DNA from: Squalus acanthias
Lineage: Eukaryota
Assembly (NCBI GenBank): GCA_030390025.1
Contig: CM059430.1
Span: 47,554,001-47,618,000, forward strand
DNA: 64,000 nucleotides
Direction of reading: 5' to 3'
The position numbers and the translations under genes were made by a program. Of the stretch, positions 12,391-24,942 are shown piece after piece; position 1 is the first letter of the stretch; each line of letters opens with the position of its first letter. The notes beneath the pieces were generated by a model. That model saw only the letters and a program-made list of their open reading frames with translations, was not told the DNA's origin and ran no database searches.

Positions 12391-14357
12391 TAAAAGGGAT
12401 TAGAATTGAAACTATATGGTAGTGCAAAGGTTAAGAGCTGTCTCATGCATTTCCATTGTCCTTTTGAAACATTTCGCAAGATTCTAATCATGATGCTGTT
12501 CAAGGTACAGGCAGACCGTTATGGATCACCAACGATGATACTGCAACCTTCATTGGTTAATGGAACAACCAAGGGCAATTTTTGTGGCATGTTGCCAAAA
12601 AAATTCTCTTAGAAAGATCAATATGATTTCTGTTGAGGTGGAGGGGGAAAAAAAAAAAGAGGATAGTAAAGGAGCTGTGACTGACTCAGTGCAATGGACC
12701 AGGGCAGAATTACACTTATCTGTGATGCCTGGGCAGTTCAATAGCCTTCCGATAATCACGGCATAGAATATAAAGGAAGAACGACCACTTTAGCAAGGTG
12801 CTGGAGTGCTCTCAGCACCATTTGAACCATGCTCCACCGTCAAGAAGAGAAAAACGGGGAAAAAATTACTGTAAAAGGCAACATCCTAAATGAGAAGTTA
12901 TGAAGGGGCACCACCTTTACCTGAAGGGCTGCCAAATTCATTAATCATAAACTCAGACATATTTTCATTTTTCACTTTCATTTATAAATCATTTTTATTT
13001 ATCTTTGCATTCTTCATTATAGAGCAAAAAAGGTTATGATGCGTCCCTCTGTTTGAACAGTTGTAGTGCCTGCACATGTAGCGCTGCAGGGCCCACAGTC
13101 TCAGGGTGACGATCAGTGCATGTTCAGGTTATCAATGGAATTTTAAAAAAAACAACTCGTGGAACTAGCTGAAAATGCCGAGCCAGAGTATCTAAACAAC
13201 ACCCAATCATATCAGTCCCCAAGAAGAGGTCCTACAATACTAAATGGAACATCAACAATGGACTTCTAAGAGGACTGTGGGCAGTTAATCTGGAGCATGT
13301 AAACCAAAGGGGGAGAAATAAAGAAAGCTCTGGTCACAGAAAGGACACAGGAAATGCTTCCCTGTAGGCGAGTAAACAGCAGGGTTATCGAACATAAACA
13401 ATCAGTGTCACAAAGGGTTTATTTCCTTGGATAAACGCAGGAGCGTATTTTTGTTTGGATTTGTTTACAAGAACGTAAAAATACAACAGGAAGAAAAACA
13501 AAGTATTTCAGTGTTTACAGAAAATTTTGCAACTTAGAAAATGTTCTTTATTTTTTTTTAAACTTCTTTTTTTTGCATGAGGTTCTTAATTTCTCTACAT
13601 TCTGGCAGAATTTTCTTCATAATGTTTAATACTGAATATTTACAGAGGCTCGTGACAATTTGCACCTTTTCAATGCTGTAAAGAATGTTATATAAGGCTG
13701 TTTTTATGCATAGTTGGTAAATTAAGCTTTGAAGCATCAAAGCCATGGTTGGCACTTTAACCTTCAGAGGTCAAAACAGGGAATAAAATGGCCCAATAGT
13801 GGGGGAAGTCAAACAGCAGTTAGTGTGGAAATCAAATGCTGCGTAGTCTGGGAAACAACATGGCAAACAGTTGGGAAGGAGGATAGTTTGGGTGGAAGAA
13901 TCAAAATGGTGATTGCCAGGAAGTTCAGCGGCAGATACAATGTGGCTAGCGTAGAGAGACTAATGCCGGAGGAAAGGTGAGGGAGGAAATGACAGAGTCA
14001 TATGGACAATATGGACCTTTCCCCAAAATATCCCATTTCAAAACCCTAACGGAAGGAATAGATAAATGAAGGAGCCTCAACAATTGCAACATCTCAATTC
14101 TGATGTTATGTTACGTATTCACAGAAAGCCTAGGTTCTAGGTACACAAACTTTGTAATATGTGATTCCTCCGTTCCCCATCTGAGCAAGTGGACAGCAAC
14201 CTGTCCATCAGTGTCAATGATCAGCAGATGAGAAGTGTGCACATGCAGCTGACCCTTGCTTCCTGCAGTTTAACCTGTAGTTTCAGTTTTGCACAGCGCA
14301 GTGGCACCTTGACTGAGATCCACACTATTAAGTTGTAACATATTTAAATGAAACCAT

Positions 14358-15100
14358 GGCCCAGAAATTGATCTCGCTCTGTTCCCGCGGGGGTAAGCCT
14401 TCCCCGCGATCTCTCACCTCGCTGGTGCTTTTTCAGATCCAGCTCGCACGAACTTGATGTTCCAGACATCAGCCGGGCAGTGCTTGCGTATCCCACCGGC
14501 GTAGTGAATTCGTGCGAGCTGTGGGATCACGTGACTCAGTTAGAGCCAATGGCAGCACACCATCTTCCATTCATAAGTTTCACAGCACGGCTGTGAAATC
14601 TATGAATCTTACACCCCCCCAAAATAACAGCTAAACCTCAATTAAATTAAAAAAAAAAACATCACATTAATAAAATAAGTATAGTTAAATAAATTAACCA
14701 TTTTAAATAAAAAATTAAATTTTTGAAAAAATTTAAAATCTTTTAAAAAGTTATAAAAATAAACTTACCTGTCTTTAAAGTCTCTAAAAAAGATATACCT
14801 GTAAAAAAAAATTCAAAAAAATACTTAATTCACTACTTACCTTGTTAAAAGTGGGTCTTACTCTTCCTTTTTACATTTCTAAAATCTTCAGTACTTACCT
14901 GCGCGTCCAAAGCATGAAGTGCACAGCATGCGCGCAGCCTGTAGCGCGCACGCGATGCACCGAGGAACCGCCCCCTTTTCAAAAGAGCAATTGCCGGTTT
15001 TCAGCGCATGCGCAGGGCATGCAGAAAACCGTCAATTGCAGAGGGAATACGCGAGAGTACGCACTGCGTACTCTCGCGTCCCGGGATGAATTTTTGGGCC
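14358..15100. mobile_element. Non-autonomous DNA transposon, Harbinger-like MITE (743 bp)
   Basis: TIR ggcccagaaatt / aatttttgggcc (11 of 12 match); 3-bp flanks CAT/CAT; CpG-rich arms around an AT-rich core. Confidence 0.7.
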
Positions 15101-15634
15101 CATATCTTTAAAATGCCTCATGTATAATAGTGTATTAATTTAATCTTGCAAATAGGTTATTGATTTAATTTTGCAATCAAGAAGCCTTAAGCAACAGAGA
15201 GAAAACAAATTGCTGTCGGTTGGTGCGGATTCCACCCACTCAGTGCTGCCGGTAGTTCATTAACTTTATTCAGGGTCATAAATACTCTTGAAATAGAGAG
15301 CAAGCGCAATCTGATGAAACAGTATGAATGAGTAACTCCAATCGATTCTGCAACAACTTGCTGCAGCTATTACGTCAGGAGAGTGCATTTTGCCCCCTTC
15401 AAAGCAGCAGAACGCAATTAAAGGCCACCTCCCACTCCCAGTTATTAAGTTAACTCGATGAATTTTAATTTTAAATAGCTCTTTGGTGCACTTACTTTTC
15501 TTCTGCAATTCTGGAACAGGATCTTACATATTTTATGTCCCAATAAACATTTAAACCAGTTTATTTTTTGAAATGACCTTTTTTAAAAAAAAAATGAATT
15601 CAGTGCTCAAAGTGAGGCGAGGGATACTAGTGCT

Positions 15635-15900
15635 TAGGATGAAACATCAAGCACTCTCAGGTCAGATATAGTACGGTAGGATATCAAATAAAGCACAGCC
15701 TATTCTGACTCAACAATGTACCTCCACCCCAACCTCAGAAGATTACCCCGTATTTATCCATTTCCTACAAGAGCCATCTTGTGGCCTTTCAGTGAGGTTC
15801 AGTGTGGAATGAGGAGCAATTTTGTGTTGTGTGCCTGCACCCACAATGAAGTGGATTAAGACTGTCTAAGACTCACTGTGTGCAGGACCCTTACAAACTG
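15635..15900 (-). mobile_element. Degenerate LF-SINE-related element
   Basis: Minus strand is colinear with recalled LF-SINE blocks (gtcttaatccacttc..., ctcactgaaaggccac..., ggggtggaggtacattg..., tatctgacctgagagtgcttgatg). Old and unverified. Confidence 0.4.
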
Positions 15901-16032
15901 TAAGCAGACAAGACTTCCAGATTATTCTCAGCTGTGACAACATTTTTGATAATCTGTGATGGTAAACTGAAATTGAAAGCTGATTTTTCAGCCCAAAAAT
16001 ATCATTCTGAAACCACAGAGAATACTTGGTAC

Positions 16033-16177
16033 CAATGTTCTCGCTATTATTTTATTTTCGTACGTGGGCCCTTTAAATTTGCTGTGCAGCATCTCTTCCA
16101 ACAGCAGCAGCTGGTGAGCGACCTGCGCGGGATCTCGTGATTGGTGCACGGCCGCGCACCTTAGGAGGGGAACATTG
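16033..16177. mobile_element. hAT-type MITE (145 bp)
   Basis: TIR caatgttc / gaacattg; 8-bp TSD cttggtac (16025-16032) and cttggcac (16178-16185). Confidence 0.8.
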
Positions 16178-16250
16178 CTTGGCACACTAATGCATATTTG
16201 CATATGACTGATTATCTCTAACAGCAAATGAGCCATTATCTGTATCTATA

Positions 16251-16275
16251 CACACACACACACACACACACACAC
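16251..16275. repeat. (CA)n microsatellite
   Basis: About 12 CA units. Confidence 0.9.
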
Positions 16276-17382
16276 GCAACGACTGATTGTTTTATCTCTT
16301 TATGAGTAGGTGACCGATAATGGAAATTTGCCTCTAATCCTGTGTGTGATGCAGAAACTAAAGCCAGTTATGATCTCATTACAACTAGCCAGAGGGCACA
16401 ATTTCATTAATACTCCAAAACAAAGTGCACAGCATTGCTAGTTGTAATAAAATCTGTATCTTTTCATCCAAAATTAAGTACATTTCTGAAAGATAAAGCC
16501 TGAAGCTATGGCTTTCATGCACTGTAAAAGTAAACAAGCAGAGATTATTTTAGATAACCAGAAAGGCACCAAAGCAACTCAGAAGTTCCTTTTCAAGCAA
16601 GACAAAAATCCCATCAGAGATTCGTGTCAAAGATATATGTGACAAAGTCAAAGTGTTCTTTACCGCCAACAGCAAAGCAGACATTGCTTTATACGTTGCT
16701 GTTATGCTCTTCTGATCCTCAACACATGCATAAGCAAGGAAGATTAGAGTTCAAATAGAGAAGGGTTTTCAGAGTCATTTTTAATACAAGAGGTTTAAGA
16801 ACAGTGAAATAACAAGCATTAAGGCTTAAGAAACCCATTAAAAGTTGCTAAGTTTACAAATGTGAATGATACAACTTCTGAAGAACTTGAGTACAACAGC
16901 AGTTAGCAAGGCAAAAAGAACAATGAGCTAACCCATGGTTTGACTGTATACCAACAGGGTATGCTACAGGTGGCCGGATACAAATTCAGTCCAAAAACCC
17001 TACCTCATGAGATTCTGTTCTCAACTGTTCTGTCTCGGGGAAATACCAAACAAAGGACCCGCGTATCCCAATTGGAGATGGGGGGGGGGAAATAAATCAA
17101 AGTGTGGGTCAACCTGGGCTCTTGTCAGGATGTTCCTAGTGGCCAGATACAGGGCAGCATGGTCTTTAGAGCATAGTGGCTGGGTACTCTTTCAATCAGG
17201 AAATGGATGAAATGGTTAAAACACTATCCTCACTGAATAGCTGAGCTCAAGTACTTAAGTTAGACTCTCAGAATTGTATGCAGTTAGTAGTTCTCAAGCA
17301 CTTGTTGGAAACACTTTGTTAGTTTAAAAACATATTTGAATGGGTTTCAGAATGATGCTCATTTAAACAATGAGTGCACTCA

Positions 17383-18312
17383 ACCTCCCCATCTCCTCTG
17401 AATTCACTGCCCTCCTGTCTTCCCTAAATCTCTCCTGCCCATATTCACGGCCACTCCATCGACCTTGCCATCTCCCGTGGCCTTTCTACTCCTATGGTCT
17501 TGTTTTTTGACAAGACCATCTCCGACCACTTCTTATATCAATCACATTCCCCTACTGCCTTGTAACTTCACTTCCTTCGGAATCCATAACTGGAAAGAAA
17601 CTCTCCCCCAAGTCATTTGCAACTGCACTTTCAAACACCCAACTGCCTACCCTTTGGTACTCCATTCGCCACGATAGGAATGCAGCCATCAATTTGCTCA
17701 ACCACTCCCTCATCTCCAACTTTGATGCGTCTGGCCCTAGCAAAATGTTTAGTCTCTTTTATCACAGTTGTTCCCTCGGGTAAAGTCTAAGTCTAAGGGC
17801 TGCAGACTTGAGCACATCTGGCGCAGAACTGCTTTAATATCCATCATCAGATGTAGCTGGATCATATCAAGTGCCAAAAGGCCTTACTCTCCTCTGCCAA
17901 AACCACCCATTACTCCAGGGTTATCCTGGAGAGCAAAGATAACCCATGGCTTGTCTCCATTTCAGAGTGTCTCCTCAAAGCCCTCTGCCCATCCTCTCCA
18001 CCCTCACCTCCAACAAGTGTGATGAACTGATGGACTTCTTTGTCACTAAGACCTTCCATTCAGCTGCCTCTACTGCTTCTCCCACCTTGCCCTTGACCAA
18101 CAAGCCAAACTTAACCCAAATTCCAATTAGCTCTAAACTCGCATATTTCTCTAGTTTCTCTCCCATCTCTCCAACCTCATCTTGTTCATGAGATCTACAT
18201 CCCCTATGACAATGACCATGGTACATTAAACCTCTTCGAACTCTCAGTATTTGGCACGATCGATCACACAATCCTCCTCCAATGTGTGTCTGCCATTGTT
18301 CAGCTCACTGGG
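17383..18312 (+). mobile_element. Degraded, internally deleted L2 LINE fragment
   Basis: Homologous to 31480-32380 (for example ccctcacctccaacaagtgtgatgaactgatggacttctttgtcactaag). Confidence 0.75.
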
Positions 18313-19901
18313 ACCTGATGCCTCCCTCCCCTGTAGAGTGTAGGGTCCCAGTTGATCAGTACCTGCCTTCCAGTGAGGAAATTTGGCCTGGAGTAGTGCA
18401 AGTGCAGCAGTGGTCTATAAGACCTAACTCTGTAAAGTAGACAACATTGGGCAGCTGTACCCAAAGTATTAGATAGGACTAGGATAAAGGATACAGCTAG
18501 CTATGGAAGCTAGTACGTTGCTATCACCACAGGATTCTGAGTAGATACGAAAGAGTGGCAGCATGCAAAAACTAGCTTATCACAAGAATATGTATGCTAT
18601 TGCTGATAGCATAGGTAGAGCACAGAAACAGGTATAACAAGTGGGCGAGGGAGAGACAATCTATCAATATGGCTATTGCCAGTGTCTATGACACAGCTGC
18701 GTATGCTATGGCTGCTTTAGCACAATACAATTCTCTTTAAAAAAAAAAAGAAATCTGGTTCCACCCCTATCTTAATCTTTGTTGAGAGGGTAGAATGGGC
18801 CACCCATGAGAAATCTCCAAGTCTATGTTACATTTTAATCAAAGAACATGAACATTGGTTAAGACTGGGTCTTGTGTCCTAGTTGAGACTCCCATGTTCT
18901 TGCATTACATCTCTTGTGCTGCTCACAACAGGTGTAATGTAATCATCACTGTATAGAGATTTCCTCCATTAATGAGTGGTGAAATGGCAATAATGCTCGA
19001 CAGTTTTCAAATAAGTAAAACTGTAATGCACCTGTTGTAATAAGATAAACCAGTGTTAAATTAACTTTCAGTATCTTTCAAGTTCATCCTTCAAGTTGCT
19101 GTCAACACACTTGGACAACGTGAGTATGTGGCAAATAGGGCAATGATTAATTTTGCTCCAACTATACTTTGCAGTTTCACAATTTTTCATTCAGCCCATT
19201 ACTGAAATAACTGCATGTCGTATCTTCATAAAAATAGACAGGCTTTATCTTTTGAATGGAAAAGGTCGTCAGTGAAAGGAACTCCTACAAATCATTGAAA
19301 CTCAACCTGATGTCTATGTTTGGTCACTGGAGTGAAAGGATTAAATGAACTCCACTCAGTCTGAATGTGCTGCAGCCATTATAGGAGATAACATCACTGT
19401 AGATTTCCCTGTGCAAATTTGGTCTATGTTGTTAAGTTTGTACTATAATGTCAAAATTTGCATTGAACAATTTATTTTTATAGATGCAATAAATCAAATG
19501 TATGTGAGAAATTCCAGCATTTTTGCTGAAATGCTGTTATAGCACACACGAGCTTCAAATTAGTTAACACGCAAGTGACGACTAATGAACTATAAATTGC
19601 TGCAGCAGAGGGCTATCTCATGGAGGGCTCGGTATGTACTTAGAAACACAGCAATGGATACTGACTATCTCACTGTTGGACAGAATCCAGTGCAACAATC
19701 AGATCCCACTGCTGTGAAAGAAGAGTGCACTATAACCAATAAGAGTTTCAATGCTTGTGGTGAATAGAAATGGATGGTGCGTTTGGTTGGCTGCCAAGCA
19801 TTCCCAAGTACAAAGTGTTTGACCACAGAAACTGCTGTGTTATCTTTGTCTTGTTCTAGAAATTAGGTCACTTGCCTTTTGGACTCAGTTTCAGCACTCA
19901 C

Positions 19902-20060
19902 CCTTCTTTGCCTCGGTTGTAGATTGCGAGCTCATCACCAATCCCCTCCTTTTCTTTGAATGCTTCCCAGTCGATCTTCGATTTCTCCAAGGTGCTCATC
20001 TTTTGTTTCTTTCCCCCAATCTTTCCCAGAATGTTACCTATCCCACGTTGTCTTTTTACT
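19902..20060 (-). CDS. CFDP1: Internal coding exon of craniofacial development protein 1 (CFDP1/BCNT, Swc5 homologue), BCNT-C domain
   Basis: Translates to [53 protein letters not shown], matching the recalled vertebrate BCNT-C motif ([34 protein letters not shown]). Acceptor is ttttgttttccaaatgcAG (AG at 20062-20061) and donor is GG|GTGAGT (GT at 19901-19900). Length 159 bp, phase 2/2. Confidence 0.95.
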
Positions 20061-20520
20061 CTGCATTTGGAAAACAAAAAGGATAAAATATTCAGAATGG
20101 GAATGATGCAAACTTCAATTGTGTAGTGATCTTTATAAGTGCTATGAAAACTGGTCATTGAAGTAATCAAATATTCCACTGTCTGTTGAAAAGATAAAAT
20201 ATGTACTGTATATAACTCAAACCGTTATTATTCCCACTTCGATCTGTCTACAGTGATTTGCACCTTGTGATGTCCAATTCAATTAATCCAGCTTCTTCAG
20301 ACTATATTTGATGGCTAATGCTTTGCATCAAAGAACATTTCAGCATTTTTATACTGTAACAATATCAAGAAGTGTGTGGGACCAAATCAAAACAAATCTG
20401 CAGTATTTCACCACAAAGGAAATAATGAACTTGCATTTATATAGCGCCTTTCACAAGCTCAGGATATCCCAAAGCGTTTCACAACCAATAAAGTGCTTTT
20501 GAAATGTGGTCACTGTTGCT

Positions 20521-21716
20521 ATAAGAACATAAGAAGTAGGAGCAGGAGTAGGCCATACGACCCTTCGGGCCTGCTCCGCCATTCAATAGGATCATGGCTG
20601 ATCCGAACCCAGACTCATGTCCACTTCCCTGCCCGCTCCCCATAACCCTTAATTCCCTTATCAGCTAGGAAACTGTCTATCTCCGTTTTAAATTTATTTA
20701 ATGTCGCAGCTTCCACAGCTCTCTGAGGTAGCAAATTCCATAGATTTACTACCCTCTGAGTGAAGAAGTTTCTGCTCATCTCAGTTTTGAAACGGCAGCC
20801 CCTTATTCTAAGATTATGCCCCCTAGTTCTAGTCTCACCCATCAGTGGAAACATCCTCCCCGCATCCACCCGATCAAGCCCTCTCACAATCTTATATGTT
20901 TCGATAAGATCACCTCTCATTCTTCTGTATTCCAATGAGTAGAGGCCCAACCTACTCAACCTTTCCTCATAAGTCAACCCCCTCATCTCCGGAATCAACC
21001 GAGTGAACCTTCTCTGAACTGCCTCTAGAGCAAGTATATCTTTTCTTAAATATGGAAGCCAAAATTGTACGCAGTACTCCAGGTGTGGCCTCACCAGTAC
21101 CCTGTATAGCTGAAGCAAGACTTCCCTGCTTTTATACTCCATCCCCCTTGCAATAAAAGCCAAGATTCCATTGGCCTTCCTGATCACCTGCTGTACCTGC
21201 ATACTAACCTTCTGTGTTTCATGCACCAGGACCCCCAGATCCCTTTGTACTGCAGCACTTTGCAGTTTCTTTCCATTTAGATAATAACTTGCTCTTGGAT
21301 TTTTTCTGCCAAAGTGCATAACCTCACACTTTCCAACATTATATTCCATCTGCCAAATTTCTGCCCACTCACTTAGCCTGTCTGTGTCCTTTTGCAGGTT
21401 TGTTATGTCCTCCTCACTCACTGCTTTCCCTCCCATCTTTGTATCATCTGCAAGCTTGGATACGTTGCACTTGGTCCCCTCCTCCAAATCGTTAATATAG
21501 ATTGTAAAGAGTTGGGGTCCCAGCACTGACCCCTGCGGAACACCACTAGTTACTGATTGCCAACCCGAGAATGAACCATTTATCCCAACTCTCTGTTTTC
21601 TGTTAGATAGCCAATCTTCCACCCATGCCAGTATATTACCCCCAATCCCGTGATTTTTTATCTTGTGCAGTAATCTTTTGTGTGGTACCTTGTCAAATGC
21701 CTTTTGCAAGTCCAAA
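20521..21716 (-). mobile_element. CR1 LINE 3' 1.2 kb with an uninterrupted RT frame
   Basis: About 365 stop-free codons, YLDLQKAFDKVPH...GVPQGSVLGP...LADDTK...stop at 20615, then the CR1 3' UTR. Confidence 0.95.
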
Positions 21717-21919
21717 TAATGTAGGAAATGCGGCAGCCAATTCGCACACAGCAAGGTCCCACAAACAGCAATGAGATAAATGACCAGATCATCTATTATT
21801 GGTAGTGTTGGTTGTGGGATAAATGTTGGCCAGGACACCAGGAGAATTCCCTTATTGTTCTTCGAATAGTGCCATGGGATCTTTTACATCTACCTGAGAG
21901 GGCAGACGTTTAACGTCTC

Positions 21920-23928
21920 TTACCCTTCCAACAAGAGGGAAGGGTAAGGGAACCAAAGTAAGGGCTCCTTGGATGATGAGGGAGATAGAGAAGATGATGA
22001 AACAAAAAAAAGGTGTATGATGCATGTCAGGTGAATTCTTCAAGGGAGAACCAGACCAAATACAGTAAGTTGAGAGGGGAAGTGAAGATGAAAATAAGAT
22101 TGGCAAAGAGAGAATATGAGAGTAGAATGGCGGTTAACATAAAAGGGAACCCAAAAATCTTCAACCGGCATGTAAACAGTAAGCGGGTAGTAAGAGGCGG
22201 GGTGGGGCCTATGAGGGACAAAGAAGGTAATATATGCTTAGAGGCGCCGGGCAAGGCTAGAATACTGAATGAGTACTTTGTATTGGTATTTACTAAGGAG
22301 GTGGATGCTGACAAAATATCGGTAGAAGTGGAAAAGGTAGAAGCAATGGAAGGGGTGAAAATTGATAGACAGGATGTACTAGAAAGGCTGGGTATGCTTA
22401 GAGTGGATAAGTCGCTTGGTCCAGATGGCTTGCATCCCAGGTTGCTAAGGGAATTGGGGGAGGAGATAGTGGAAGGGCTAGCCATAATTTTCCAATCTTC
22501 CCTCGATGCGGGGGAGGTGCCTAAGGATTGGAAAGTGGCAAATGTGACACCATTGTTCAAGAAAGGGTGTAAGGACAATCCTAGTAACTATAGGCCGGTC
22601 AGGAAAAGATTAACAGGCACTTGGAGAGGTTTAAGCTAATTAAAGAGAGCCAACATGGATTTGTAAAAGGCAGATCATGTTTGACTAATCTAATTGAATT
22701 TTTTGATGAAGTAACAGGGAGGATTGATGAAGGGAATGCAATGGATTTTGTCTACATGGATTTTAGGAAGGAGTTTGACAAAGTACCACATAGAAGGCTG
22801 GTTGACAAAATTGAGCCTCATGGAATAGGTGGGTCAGTGGCAGCTTGGATAAGGAATTGGCTTAAGGACAGAAAACAGCCAGTTGTGGTAAATGGCTATT
22901 TTTCAGACTGGAGGATGGTAGACAGTGGTGTTCCCCAAAGGTCAGTGATGGGGCCACTGCTTTTTTTTGATATATATAAATAAATGACCTGGATATTGGA
23001 ATACAGAGTAGAATTTCTAAATTTGCCGATGACACCAAACTTGGGGGTGCGGCAAACAGTGAAGATGATACCAATCGACTGCAACAGGACATAGAAAGGC
23101 TAGCAGAATGGGCAGACAAGTGGCAGATGGAATTTAATAGAGAAGTGTGAGGTAATGCATTTTAGCAGAAGGAACAGGGAGAGGCAATATACACTTAATG
23201 GCACAGTTTTAAAGAGTGTTCAGGGACAGAGGGACCTGGGAGTTAATGTGCATAGGTCCCTGAAGGTGGCAGGACATATTGAGAGAGTGGTTAGCAAAGC
23301 ATATGGGATCTTGGGCTTCATAAATAGAGGTATCGAGTACAAAAGTATAGAAGTTATGCTGAACCTTTATAACGCGCTGGTTAGGCCACAACTGGAGTAT
23401 TGCGTCCAGTTCTGGGCACCGCACTTTAGGAAGGATGTGAAGGCCCTTGAGGGGGTGCAGAGGAGATTTACCAGAATGGTTCCGGGGATGTTAGCTACAA
23501 GGACAGGTTGGAGAAGCTGGATTTGTTTTCATTAGAGCAAAAGAGGTTGAGGGGTGATTTGATAGAGGTGTACAAAATTATGACGGGTTTGGATAGGCTA
23601 GATGGGGAAAGGTTGTTCCCACTAGTTGATGGTACAAGGACTAGGGGACACAGATTTAAGGTTTTGGGCAAGAGATACAGGGGGAATGTGAGGGAAAACT
23701 TTTTTACGCAGCGAGTGGTGAGGACCTGGAACTTGCTACCGACAGAAGTGGTGGAAGTGGAGACACTCAATGTTTGAGGGGAGACTGGATAGGCACTTGA
23801 GGGAAATAAACTTGCAGGGCTACGGGGATAGAGCGGGGGAATGGGACTGACTGGATTGCTCTACAGAGAGCCGGCACGGACTTGATGGGCCGAATGACCT
23901 CCTTCTGTGCCGTTATGGCTCTGTGACT
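21920..23928 (+). mobile_element. CR1 LINE, 5'-truncated and frameshifted
   Basis: GPDGLHPR, QHGFVKGRSCLTNL, FADDTK and RPQLEYCVQFW motifs spread over several frames; 3' tail gatgggccgaatgacctccttctgtgc. Confidence 0.95.
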
Positions 23929-24942
23929 CATCCAAAAGACAGCACTTCCGACACTGCAGCACTCCTTCTGTAGGCACTAAAGTGTCAGCCTAGAATTTGT
24001 GCTTAGGTTTCTGGAGTACGGCAAGAGTGCTACCTCTGAGCCAAGGCCGACACGTAACCATGGCCATACTGAGTCGATGAATGGCTCGAAACATCTATAA
24101 AAATAGCAATTAGTTTTTTAAGCAAAAATAAAATGAACATTTCCCTTGCACTATTTTCTTTGCTGCCAGTGTTGCATTTCAATCTTTCTCTTCTCTATGG
24201 ACAGTGATGGTCTGGCTTCTATACTGCTGGCATCGACCTTGCTCCTTGACTGACCAGCAATCTTAAACTTTTATTTGAACCAATGTATCATTTTCTCCTC
24301 GTAACTAGGTACTTTGAAGGAATGACAGCTGTACATTAACTAGCCTTGGTAAGAAGAACACTACATCCAGCTTAACCATTACATAACTGATTTTTTTTTA
24401 AATTGGCACTAATACTATTAAATTTAAATCCATTTTATTAACAAGTGCACTGGGAGCAAATCTCAACACCATCAAAAAAAGAACTAAAAACAGAAGCCAC
24501 AGCAGAAACAGAAAAGTGAACTGATAACTAGTGCCCCTTCCAGACCAATTCCGCTGGCTTTCCTGTTACTGTTTGGAGATCTCCATTTTGAAACAAAATG
24601 TATGTGGTCGGTGACTTGAACACTGCATGGCTCGAGATCTAAACCTTGTCAAAAGGCAATGTAAGGCGAACCTCTTAACAGCCGCATTATTAGGTCACTT
24701 TAGTTGAACATCTTCTGTTTAGCATATAACATTCATGTAACAGCATTCAAATAACCCCTCAAAGAACCAGTACAGCAAAAATCACACCCAGAACATTACC
24801 CTAGTTTTCTCTTTAAGATGCTGACCGACCTGTTGTGTATTATATTTTTATTTGTGAATTCAACCATTTGCTATTTTTCTTTTTATCCGAGCTAACTACG
24901 TGGATTTCCTATTTACTAGTTGCAACAATTATTGGAACACAA

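Larger units (their letters stand above)
20421..24052 (-). mobile_element. DeuSINE split into three pieces (20421-20520, 21717-21919, 23929-24052) by two CR1 insertions
   Basis: The pieces rejoin colinearly: cactgttg|taatgtaggaaatgc and taacgtctc|atccaaaagacagcac. The second junction is seen uninterrupted at 39590-39610. Confidence 0.85.

Noticed and set aside
19898-20179. 93-aa ORF as a standalone gene
   Set aside because: The N-terminal 40 or so codons are intron and polypyrimidine tract; splice sites delimit the real exon at 19902-20060.
20615-21838. 407-aa ORF as a host gene
   Set aside because: It is a chimera: the first 41 or so codons are DeuSINE sequence from a non-ATG start and the rest is CR1 RT.
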